A stretch of DNA of 64,000 bases from an uncultured Verrucomicrobiota bacterium (GTDB taxonomy: Bacteria > Verrucomicrobiota > Verrucomicrobiia > Limisphaerales > UBA1100), in contig CACDBG010000002.1 of NCBI GenBank assembly GCA_902551155.1, positions 6,914-70,913 of the forward strand, read 5' to 3'. Shown here in pieces: positions 1 through 8,570 of this stretch. The stretch's first letter is position 1. Each line of letters opens with the position of its first letter. The notes under the pieces were generated by a model. That model was not told the DNA's origin and made no database searches. It was given only the letters and a program-made list of their open reading frames with translations. The position numbers and the translations under genes were made by a program.

Positions 1-423
1 ATCATAGGGGCCAAAGAGGTGGCGCGGCCGGTTGTTTTTGGTGTTCTTACGACAATCGCAGCCTTCTATCCTCTCATAGCGATAGAAGGAAACATTGGGA
101 AAGTTCTTCGCTATATACCTTTGATAGTGATCCCCACACTGTTTTTTTCTTTGATTGAGTGTATTGTGATTCTTCCGGCGCACTTAAGAAATTTACCCAA
201 AAACGAAACATCAGAAAAACTGTGGGGATGGTCTCGTTTTCAGCAATGGTTTTCTAATGGGGCAGAACAATTTGCCTTGAAGATATACCAGCCCATATTG
301 GGATTTTGTCTAAGGTTTCGTTATGCAGTGGTGTGCTTGGGTATATCTACTCTATTAATCGTTTTGGCTGGATATGCGGGGGGGGCATTTTCGGTTTACT
401 TTTTTTCCCTCTGTGGAAGGTGA
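1..423 (+). CDS. Efflux RND transporter permease (AcrB/AcrD/AcrF family), upstream fragment. It enters from the 5' edge and its frame is lost at the G8 run 378-385.
   Basis: Frame 1 is open from base 1 (IIGAKEVARPVVFGVLTTIAAFYPL...) with hydrophobic RND-type TM segments. It stops at 421-423, shortly after the homopolymer. Confidence 0.8.
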   Translation: MIGAKEVARPVVFGVLTTIAAFYPLIAIEGNIGKVLRYIPLIVIPTLFFSLIECIVILPAHLRNLPKNETSEKLWGWSRFQQWFSNGAEQFALKIYQPILGFCLRFRYAVVCLGISTLLIVLAGYAGGAFSVYFFSLCGR

Positions 424-1948
424 TAATGTAGCCGCATGGGTTACTTATCCCAGGGGGGTTCCCGTTGAGAAAACCCGAAACGCGGTTGATAAAATTTTGG
501 CCGCCTCTGAGCAGTTGCAGCGGGAAATAGCCAATAATAAAGGGGATACAAACATAATTCTGCATTCACTTGCTAGTGTAGGGGAGCAGCCTTTTAGGAG
601 GGAGGCAGAGCAAGCTGGAGGAAATTATGGATCTAGTCATAGAGGGGCCCACAAAGGGGAGGTGCACCTTGAGGTGTCGCCTTCTGAGATGCGAACCATA
701 AGTAGTGAGCAAATAGCTAGGCGCTGGAGGGAGATTGCCGGTGAGTTCCCTGGCGCTATTGAAGTAGGTTTCAGCGCAAGTATATTTTCTGCGGGGAAAC
801 CGATTAATATAAGACTAAGCGGTCCCGACATGACCAAGCTGCAAGCGGCTGCAGTGGAGCTCAAATCACAACTCAAATTAATTAATGGAGTTGAGGATAT
901 AAGTGACTCTTTCCGGATAGGAAAAGAGGAGATAAATCTCAAATTAAATCAACAGGGGCAAGCATTAGGACTTAGTCAGAGTGATTTGGCGAGACAGGTG
1001 AGACAGGCGTTTTTCGGAGAAGAGGCTCAGCGCATACAGCGTAACAGAGACGACGTTAAGGTTATGATTAGATACCCACAGGAAAATCGTCAGTCCCTGC
1101 AAAATCTTTACGATCTACGCATTAGAACCCCTGAAGGCGGCGAAGTCCCGATAAAACAGATTGCAACAATAGAAAAGGGCGTGGGTTACGCTGCGATCAC
1201 CAGGGTTGACGGGCGACGTTCAGTGAATATTACAGCAGATGTAGACACTCAAAAGGTTCAATCAAATGCAATTATTTACCGTTTAAGAAATGAGGAATTG
1301 CCAAATTTATTGAGCAAATATCCCGGGGTTCAGTATGGCTTTGAAGGTGATCGCCAGGAACAGGAAGTAGCATTATCAAGTATGCTTCGCTCTTATTTGG
1401 TTGCAATGGTGATTATCTATGGATTGTTAGCGATTCCTTTTGGCTCATATATTCAGCCACTTATCGTAATGTGCGCCATTCCATTTGGCTTAATTGGTGC
1501 AGTTGCCGGCCATTTGATAATGGGCATGGACCTTACTATTTTATCTATGTTTGGCGTTGTTGCTCTTACAGGTGTTGTAGTCAATGACAGTTTGGTAATG
1601 GTGGATTATGTTAACCGTAAAAGGGGTATTCACAGAAACTTGATTGATGCTGTTAGAATTAGTGGTGTTGCACGTTTTAGGGCGATTTTACTCACTTCAT
1701 TGACAACCTTCGCCGGATTGGCCCCGTTGATATTTTTTGAAAAAAGTGTGCAGGCTCAGTTCCTTGTCCCTATGGCTGTTTCTCTGGCGTTCGGGGTTAT
1801 TTTTGCTACTGTTGTGACCTTAGTTATAGTTCCATCAGGATATGTGATTTTAGAGGACTTTAGGTCATTATGGGGCTGGCTTTATGGAAAACAAGCTGCT
1901 CCAGCAAACCTCCAAGAAGGTGATAAGCAAATTGAAAAAAATTCGTAA
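374..1948 (+). CDS. Efflux RND transporter permease, downstream fragment (periplasmic porter domain plus C-terminal TM bundle). It continues fragment 1..423 if one G is removed.
   Basis: 524-aa ORF with typical RND segments (FFGEEAQRIQR, VVNDSLVMVDY, ARFRAILLTSLTTFAGLAPL). Frame 2 is closed upstream by TAA at 356-358. Confidence 0.85.
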   Translation: MRGGHFRFTFFPSVEGDNVAAWVTYPRGVPVEKTRNAVDKILAASEQLQREIANNKGDTNIILHSLASVGEQPFRREAEQAGGNYGSSHRGAHKGEVHLEVSPSEMRTISSEQIARRWREIAGEFPGAIEVGFSASIFSAGKPINIRLSGPDMTKLQAAAVELKSQLKLINGVEDISDSFRIGKEEINLKLNQQGQALGLSQSDLARQVRQAFFGEEAQRIQRNRDDVKVMIRYPQENRQSLQNLYDLRIRTPEGGEVPIKQIATIEKGVGYAAITRVDGRRSVNITADVDTQKVQSNAIIYRLRNEELPNLLSKYPGVQYGFEGDRQEQEVALSSMLRSYLVAMVIIYGLLAIPFGSYIQPLIVMCAIPFGLIGAVAGHLIMGMDLTILSMFGVVALTGVVVNDSLVMVDYVNRKRGIHRNLIDAVRISGVARFRAILLTSLTTFAGLAPLIFFEKSVQAQFLVPMAVSLAFGVIFATVVTLVIVPSGYVILEDFRSLWGWLYGKQAAPANLQEGDKQIEKNS

Positions 1949-2008
1949 TATTTAAGGCAATTATTCTTTATTGCCTGCCTCTACAAAGTTAGGTTCGCGC
2001 TCTTTGCT

Positions 2009-3391
2009 ATGGCAAAAAAGACATCATTACTTGTCATTTTTTTGACAGTCTTTATCGACCTTGTTGGCTTTGGTATAGTCTTACCTATACTTCCTTTATA
2101 CATTAAAGAACTGGGTGCCTCCGGTTTAATGGCAGGAGCAATAGTAGCATCTTACTCATTAATGCAGGCCATCTTTTCTCCTTTTTGGGGAGGGCTAAGT
2201 GACCGAATAGGAAGGCGCCCCGTGCTATTGTTAAGTACTGCAGGTGCCTGTATTTCATATTCTGTTTTTGCCTTGGGGTGTATTAATCAATCAATATTAT
2301 TGCTACTTTTATCTCGAGTCGCAGCTGGAATATGCGGGGCAAATTTATCTGTTGCTAGTGCTTATATCGCTGACATAACACCTCCAGAAGATCGGTCACA
2401 GCGGATGGGGCTTATAGGAATGGCTTTTGGGCTGGGTTTTATCTTAGGCCCTGTTTTAGGGGCTTTGGGCATGACCTATTTTGGAGTTTCTGGCCCGGGT
2501 TGGTTAGCTGCCGGGGTCTGTGGGTTTAATCTCATTTTGGCGTTTTTTATTCTGGGAGAAAGTCGAAAACCCGATTCTGATCCGGTGGAACCACCGCCAA
2601 GATTGGGGCAAATGAGGCGGGTTTTGATGCACCCTCAGTTGCGTGGTTTGATAGGGGTATTTTTTATGGCAACATTTTGCTTTACGTGTTTTGAGTCTAC
2701 TTTTGCTGTGTTATTCGCTGGAACCAAGGATTCGCCAGGTAATTATACGTTTTCAAGTCCGATTAATTTAAAGGAAGGAGAACGAATGCGAAGTGAGATT
2801 TATGATGGCCTTGAAATAAGAAAAGGTGAACCGATCGCTATTACAACTGAGGGGGATAGCATAAAGGCCTCTTCCACAGGGCGGGTTGAGCAACTTAAAA
2901 ATGGTGGGTGGATAATCGATAATACCAAAACTAAAGCATATTGGTTAATGGCTTTTTGTGGTATTATCGGGGCAATAGTTCAAGGTGGGTTCATTGGGCC
3001 TTTGGTGAAAGTAGCAGGAGAAAAAATATTGATCATCAGCGGCCTTTTTTTCGTAGGATTGAGTTTATCTTTTATTCCTTATTGCAATGATAATACCGGA
3101 CTGCCCTTACTTATTATAGTCTTGAGTATTTTTGCTATTGGTTCGGGTGTTTATCGTGCTCCAACTTTTGGGCTTATATCTCTCAATGCCTCAGATTCTC
3201 AACAAGGTGAAGTTATGGGCGTAACACAGAGTATAGGCAGTTTGGCTCGCATAATTGGCCCGTTGTTTGCCTTAGGGTTTATGGATATTAAGCCTGAGTT
3301 GCCATATTTAATTTGCTCTGGGATTGCAATTATAACGGCTCTTTTTGGATTTAAGTTCATCGGCTCGACTAATAATTCAGCTTCTCCATAA
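2009..3391 (+). CDS. MFS transporter (DHA1 / TCR-Tet-like) with an unusually long extra loop.
   Basis: The N-terminus FLTVFIDLVGFGIVLPILPLY ... GGLSDRIGRRPVLL is the classic MFS motif A region. About 12 TM segments are visible. Confidence 0.85.
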   Translation: MAKKTSLLVIFLTVFIDLVGFGIVLPILPLYIKELGASGLMAGAIVASYSLMQAIFSPFWGGLSDRIGRRPVLLLSTAGACISYSVFALGCINQSILLLLLSRVAAGICGANLSVASAYIADITPPEDRSQRMGLIGMAFGLGFILGPVLGALGMTYFGVSGPGWLAAGVCGFNLILAFFILGESRKPDSDPVEPPPRLGQMRRVLMHPQLRGLIGVFFMATFCFTCFESTFAVLFAGTKDSPGNYTFSSPINLKEGERMRSEIYDGLEIRKGEPIAITTEGDSIKASSTGRVEQLKNGGWIIDNTKTKAYWLMAFCGIIGAIVQGGFIGPLVKVAGEKILIISGLFFVGLSLSFIPYCNDNTGLPLLIIVLSIFAIGSGVYRAPTFGLISLNASDSQQGEVMGVTQSIGSLARIIGPLFALGFMDIKPELPYLICSGIAIITALFGFKFIGSTNNSASP

Positions 3392-3397
3392 AAGTTG

Positions 3398-4036
3398 ATG
3401 TTAAATAATATAATTTTCGACTGGTCGGGAACTCTTGTAGACGATTTGGAGGCAGTTCGGGTATCGACCAATTATGCACTTTCCAAAGAAGGATTTCCTA
3501 AAATGACAATGAGTCAGTTTCGTTCTGAATTCAGCCTGCCTTTTGACGCGTTTTATCGCCGGGTTGCTCCGAGCGTTACGTTGGAAAATATAGATAAATG
3601 GTATAGGGAAAAGTTTGTTGAAGAGCAGAAAAAGATAAGACCTTTGCCGTACGCGGAATTGTTCTGTGATTTTTGTAGAGAAAAGGGCATAAAAACTTTT
3701 TTGCTTAGCACCGTTAATGCTGACCACTATCAAGAACAGTCCAAAAAAATACGATTTAATTTCGATAAGGAGTATGTCGGAGTGATGGACAAACGAAAGA
3801 AGATCGCTGGCATTCTGAATGATAATCAACTATGCCCACAGGAGACGATTTTTATTGGGGATATGCAGCACGACATAGAAACTGCAAAGATAGGAAAAAT
3901 TGGATCATGTGCGGTGCTTACAGGATATAACAAGCGAGGCCAGCTTGAGAAGGTGAGGCCCGATATGATCGTCGATAACCTTCGGCAGTTAAAACAAGTC
4001 ATTGAAGAGGCTGGCTTTAAATGGCCTCCCAGATAA
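3398..4036 (+). CDS. HAD-superfamily hydrolase (phosphatase-like).
   Basis: Motif I is IIFDWSGTLVDD, with a later GDMQHDIETAK (motif IV-like). About 212 aa. A TTG at 3395 immediately precedes the ATG at 3398. Confidence 0.75.
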   Translation: MLNNIIFDWSGTLVDDLEAVRVSTNYALSKEGFPKMTMSQFRSEFSLPFDAFYRRVAPSVTLENIDKWYREKFVEEQKKIRPLPYAELFCDFCREKGIKTFLLSTVNADHYQEQSKKIRFNFDKEYVGVMDKRKKIAGILNDNQLCPQETIFIGDMQHDIETAKIGKIGSCAVLTGYNKRGQLEKVRPDMIVDNLRQLKQVIEEAGFKWPPR

Positions 4037-4039
4037 TCT

Positions 4040-4402
4040 ATGAGCGTTAGTGACATTATTACTATTTCTGACATGGAGGTCTACTGTCGTATTGGAGTTC
4101 CTCATGAAGAACGATTGCAAGACCAACGATTATTAATCACTTTGAAGTTGGAATATAACTTCAAAGGAGCATCAGCAAAAGATGACATAGGCCAAACGAT
4201 TGATTATCACGCGGTATATTTACTGGTGAAGAGTATTTGTTCAGCCGGAGAACGAAAGTTGATCGAAACCTTAGCTGAAGACATAGCTTCAAGTATTTTG
4301 CATGATTTTGATGCTCGGTGCGTTCGGGTAAAAATTAAGAAATTTATTCTTCCTGAAACAAATTATACGGCTGTAGAGATAGAACGCTCTCATGGCGCAT
4401 AA
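4040..4402 (+). CDS. folB: Dihydroneopterin aldolase.
   Basis: 120 aa. The pattern ISDMEVYCRIGVPHEERLQDQRLLITLKL ... TIDYHAVY ... LIETLAEDIA is typical of FolB. Confidence 0.8.
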   Translation: MSVSDIITISDMEVYCRIGVPHEERLQDQRLLITLKLEYNFKGASAKDDIGQTIDYHAVYLLVKSICSAGERKLIETLAEDIASSILHDFDARCVRVKIKKFILPETNYTAVEIERSHGA

Positions 4403-4519
4403 ATTGTTAAAAAGATCACTGGTTTTCATCTAATTATAATATAAAACACTAAATTTAAGGTCAAAATAGGGTCTTTTAACTTGCCGCGAGTGTCATATAG
4501 CTGTTAATAACTCGCTCCC

Positions 4520-5278
4520 ATGGCCTCAATTGGACGTTTTCAAAAGGGTGAGGATATATTCTATGCAAAGGTGGTCGACGGAAAGCTTTACAAGCTGAAA
4601 GGGGATGTTTTTGGGTCCCCATCTTTTGTGAAAAAGCCCGTTAGCCCGACGAAAGGTATACGGACTCTAGTTCCGGTCACGCCCAGCAAGATCATTGCTG
4701 TTGGGTTAAATTATGCAGATCACGCTCGCGAATCGAATCTTACGCCCCCCGACCAGCCATTATTCTGGCTTAAATCCCCTGCTTCTCTCATTCCTGATGG
4801 AGGAAAGATTGAGTTGCCATTTCCAGAGCATAGAAACGATTTTGAAGCTGAGCTGGCTATTGTGATAGGTAGGAAAATACGGAATGTTTCACCTCAAGCA
4901 GCCGGTCGCTATATTTATGGTTATACAGCTGCTCAAGACATTAGCGATCGAGATATTCAGCAAAGCGAAAGCCAATGGGCTCGTGCCAAGAGTTTTGATA
5001 CATTCACCCCGCTTGGTCCGTACATTGAGACTAAAATTGATCCCCAAGACCTCACTATTCAGTTGTTTCAAAATGGGCAGTTGCGACAGAATTCGCACAC
5101 GAGTCAGATGATCTTTTCTTGCGCAGAGCTTGTTAGTTTTGTTTCTACGAACATGACGCTTCTCCCTGGGGATATTATTCTGACTGGAACACCCAGTGGG
5201 GTAGCCCCAATCGAGAGCGGAGATCGACTAGAGGTGCGCATAGGCCAAATGCAGGCTTTATGCAATGCGGTGAAGTAA
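4520..5278 (+). CDS. Fumarylacetoacetate hydrolase (FAH) family protein.
   Basis: IIAVGLNYADHARE ... DFEAELAIVIGR ... GDIILTGTPSGV are FAH-family hallmarks. Confidence 0.85.
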   Translation: MASIGRFQKGEDIFYAKVVDGKLYKLKGDVFGSPSFVKKPVSPTKGIRTLVPVTPSKIIAVGLNYADHARESNLTPPDQPLFWLKSPASLIPDGGKIELPFPEHRNDFEAELAIVIGRKIRNVSPQAAGRYIYGYTAAQDISDRDIQQSESQWARAKSFDTFTPLGPYIETKIDPQDLTIQLFQNGQLRQNSHTSQMIFSCAELVSFVSTNMTLLPGDIILTGTPSGVAPIESGDRLEVRIGQMQALCNAVK

Positions 5279-5320
5279 TCTTTACCTTCGATAATTACAT
5301 CGTTAAAGCTACCGAAGTTC

Positions 5321-7027
5321 ATGCGCTGGAGTAACACGTTTATACCTACCCTTAAGGAAGCGCCGGCCGAAGCTGAAATTGTATCACACCAGCTACTGCT
5401 TAGGGCCGGATTAGCACGTAAGTTAGCAGGAGGGCTTTACACGTTTTTACCGGCCGGAATTAAGGTTCTACAAAAGATTGAAGCAATAGTACGCGAGGAA
5501 ATGAATAAAGCAGGGGGGCTCGAGGTTTTGATGCCTGCCGTGCAGCCGCCTGAAATTTGGAAAGCAAGTGGACGCTATGAACATGCAGCGGACGTACTGT
5601 TTAAGGTTTCAGATAGTAAAGGCAGAGAGTGGCTTCTGGGTCCTACTCATGAAGAAGTTATTGCATCAATAGCTTCAACTGAAATCAGTTCTTACCGGCA
5701 ATTGCCTGTTAATTTCTACCAAATTCAAACGAAATTTAGGGATGAAATACGGCCACGTTTTGGGCTTATGCGTGCCCGGGAGTTCATCATGAAAGATGCC
5801 TACAGTTTTGATGTTTCGGATGGGGATGCTTTGGTTAGTTATCAAAAAATGTATGATGCCTACGTTCGGATTTTTGACCGTTGTGGGCTTCATGCGTTCC
5901 CTGTAGAGGCTGACACGGGCGTTATGGGTGGGTCGCATTCTCATGAATTCATGGTTCCAGCTGAAAATGGTGAGAGCGAGGTTGTTTATACAGAAGACGG
6001 ATCTTATAGTGCGAATCTGGAAAAAGCAGTTTCAGCTGGCCCTTGTTCTTCAACTCCTAATAAATGCACCGGTTCCCCGGAAGAATTTGAAACCCCTAGG
6101 GTTAAAACCATTGAGGATTTGACTAAGCCTCCTTTCAACGTGCCGGCAATGCTGCAAATAAAGACGCTTGTTTTTATTACCGAAAAGGAGCCGGTAATCG
6201 TCCTGTTGCGTGGCGACGATGAGGCCAATGAGGCAAAGTTAGCCGTAGCCTTTAGGACTCCCATCTACAGGACTGCTGAACCTGATGAAATTAAAGATGT
6301 GCTAGGGGCTAGTCCGGGTAGTTTGGGACCGCTCGGCATAAAGGGCGTAAAAGTTTTTGCTGACAACCAGCTTGAAGAAGCTGCTGGGATGGTAGCCGGC
6401 GCTAATAAGGATGGTTTTCACAAAAGAAATATTAACGTTAAAAGAGATTTGCAGGGGCTTGTTTTCTCAGATCTCCGTGCGGTAAGAGAAGGAGAACTAA
6501 CCAGCGACGGACAGCCCGTAAAAATTAAAAGGTCTATTGAGGTGGGTCATGTATTCAAGCTGGGAACCAAGTATTGTAAAGCGCTTGATGCAAGCTTTCT
6601 CGATGAAAGTGGAAAAAAGCAATTTCCAGTCATGGGTTGCTATGGGCTGGGTGTTACACGGACTCTGCAAGCAATTATAGAATGTAGTCATGATGAAAAT
6701 GGAATTATGTGGCCTATGGCCATTGCTCCTTGGCAAATTTGTATTACTGCACTTGATATTGAGCCGGATGGGCCGGTAATGAAATCAGCCGGTGAAATTT
6801 ATGGCCAACTCTTGGATTTAGGGTTCGATGTCATACTTGATGATCGGGATCTTCGTCCTGGTATTAAATTCAAGGATTCTGAGTTGATTGGTTTTCCATT
6901 ACGCGTGGGTATAGGCTCTAAATCTCTTAAAGATGGTAATGTTGAGATTTTTGTGCGCGCCAGTGGCGAGAAAATAACTGTTCCTGTGGATCAGGCAGCT
7001 TCTAGAATAAAGGCCATTTTGGCCTAA
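5321..7027 (+). CDS. proS: Proline--tRNA ligase (bacterial type with an editing insertion).
   Basis: 568 aa. The N-terminus MRWSNTFIPTLKEAPAEAEIVSHQLLLRAG and class II motifs (FRDEIRPRFGLMRAREFIMKDAYSF) are present. Confidence 0.95.
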   Translation: MRWSNTFIPTLKEAPAEAEIVSHQLLLRAGLARKLAGGLYTFLPAGIKVLQKIEAIVREEMNKAGGLEVLMPAVQPPEIWKASGRYEHAADVLFKVSDSKGREWLLGPTHEEVIASIASTEISSYRQLPVNFYQIQTKFRDEIRPRFGLMRAREFIMKDAYSFDVSDGDALVSYQKMYDAYVRIFDRCGLHAFPVEADTGVMGGSHSHEFMVPAENGESEVVYTEDGSYSANLEKAVSAGPCSSTPNKCTGSPEEFETPRVKTIEDLTKPPFNVPAMLQIKTLVFITEKEPVIVLLRGDDEANEAKLAVAFRTPIYRTAEPDEIKDVLGASPGSLGPLGIKGVKVFADNQLEEAAGMVAGANKDGFHKRNINVKRDLQGLVFSDLRAVREGELTSDGQPVKIKRSIEVGHVFKLGTKYCKALDASFLDESGKKQFPVMGCYGLGVTRTLQAIIECSHDENGIMWPMAIAPWQICITALDIEPDGPVMKSAGEIYGQLLDLGFDVILDDRDLRPGIKFKDSELIGFPLRVGIGSKSLKDGNVEIFVRASGEKITVPVDQAASRIKAILA

Positions 7028-8160
7028 TGTTTAAACTACTAAAATCTGATACTCATTCTCGGGCGCGGCTCGGCGCTCTTATGACGGCGCACGGCATGGT
7101 GGAAACGCCGGTATTTATGCCAGTGGGCACGAGGGCCACCGTCAAGACACTCGATAATGCAGACCTTCAAAACATTGGAGTGAGAACTATTCTTGGTAAT
7201 ACCTACCACTTAAATCTTCGGCCGGGAATGGATGTGGTTCGTGCGGCAGGTGGTTTGCATTCGTTCATGAGCTGGGATGGCCCGATATTAACTGATAGTG
7301 GAGGGTTCCAGATATTTAGTTTGTCCAAGATTGCCAAAATCCGGGAAGATGGGGTGGAATTTAAATCACACATTGATGGAAAAAAGCTCTTTCTTGGGCC
7401 TGAGGAGTCCATGGAGATACAGCGGCATCTGGCTAGTGACATCGCTATGGTCTTTGACGATTGCCCTCCGTACGGTGCCTCAAAGAAAGATGTCAGTTCT
7501 GCAATTGATAGAACGCATCGTTGGGCAGTTAAGTGTTTTAATCAGACTCGGGCAGATGGACAGTTAGTCTTCGGCATTATTCAAGGTGGTTGTTATGAGG
7601 ATTTAAGGGAGCAAAGTGCTGCAGAAATTACGGGTATCGAATTTGACGGTTATGCCATTGGTGGGTTGAGTGTTGGTGAGCCGGAGCCGGAAATGTTAAG
7701 AATTGCTGAATACACAGCACCAATGATTCCCGCTAACAAGCCACGGTATGCTATGGGGCTGGGGACACCGGCTCAACTTGTAGAACTTGTCGCCAGAGGT
7801 GTTGATATGTTTGATTGCGTTTTGCCAACGCGTGTTGCGCGTAATGGTACTGCGTACACCTTTACCGGGGCTTTTTCCCTTAAGAGCAGTCAATTTAAGA
7901 ATGATTTCCAGCCGATAGACGAACAGTGTGATTGTTTTGCCTGTGTTCAGCATTCCAGATCTTATATACGACATCTGCTTAATGTGGATGAGATACTCGG
8001 CTTAAGACTGTTAACAATTCATAATCTGCGGACGTACATGAGGTTGATGCAGGATATAAGGGAACACATTGCTAACGGCACATTTGATGGTTTTAGGGAA
8101 GAATTTAAAACAAATTATCGGCCGACCAATCGTGTGGCTGAGCAGCGGAAAACGGGTTAG
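7027..8160 (+). CDS. tgt: tRNA-guanine transglycosylase (queuine tRNA-ribosyltransferase).
   Basis: TPVFMPVGT, LGNTYHL, TDSGGFQ, and the Zn site CDCFAC...H. The start overlaps the proS stop (TAATG). Confidence 0.95.
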   Translation: MFKLLKSDTHSRARLGALMTAHGMVETPVFMPVGTRATVKTLDNADLQNIGVRTILGNTYHLNLRPGMDVVRAAGGLHSFMSWDGPILTDSGGFQIFSLSKIAKIREDGVEFKSHIDGKKLFLGPEESMEIQRHLASDIAMVFDDCPPYGASKKDVSSAIDRTHRWAVKCFNQTRADGQLVFGIIQGGCYEDLREQSAAEITGIEFDGYAIGGLSVGEPEPEMLRIAEYTAPMIPANKPRYAMGLGTPAQLVELVARGVDMFDCVLPTRVARNGTAYTFTGAFSLKSSQFKNDFQPIDEQCDCFACVQHSRSYIRHLLNVDEILGLRLLTIHNLRTYMRLMQDIREHIANGTFDGFREEFKTNYRPTNRVAEQRKTG

Positions 8161-8226
8161 AAACAAGCTAAATGCTTGCAAAAAGGCTTTTTATAAATAG
8201 GATTTGCCGTCTTTGATTTCAAGATA

Positions 8227-8565
8227 ATGGATTTTTCTTTATTCGAAGTTTTGTTAGGGTCAGCAACAGCTCCATCTGACGGTCAGGCTGGGGGTCCTAC
8301 TTGGATCACTTGCCTCATGCCGGTCGCCTTTCTTGGCATTTTTTATGCGCTTTTGATTCGGCCTCAGCAACAACAACAGAAACAGCATGCCAAAATGGTA
8401 GAAGAGCTTAAAAACGGTGATCGAGTAGTCGCTTCAGGAATGGTTGGCACAGTTGTTACCGTAAAACAGAAAACAATCACACTTCGCACCGGCGAATCTA
8501 AACTTGAACTAATGAGAACTTCCGTTGAGCGAGTGCTTGAAGGGGATGATGATTTAAACAGTTAA
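8227..8565 (+). CDS. yajC: Preprotein translocase subunit YajC.
   Basis: 112 aa with a single TM followed by LKNGDRVVASGMVGTVV. It sits in the conserved tgt-yajC-secDF order. Confidence 0.85.
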   Translation: MDFSLFEVLLGSATAPSDGQAGGPTWITCLMPVAFLGIFYALLIRPQQQQQKQHAKMVEELKNGDRVVASGMVGTVVTVKQKTITLRTGESKLELMRTSVERVLEGDDDLNS

Positions 8566-8570
8566 GCACG

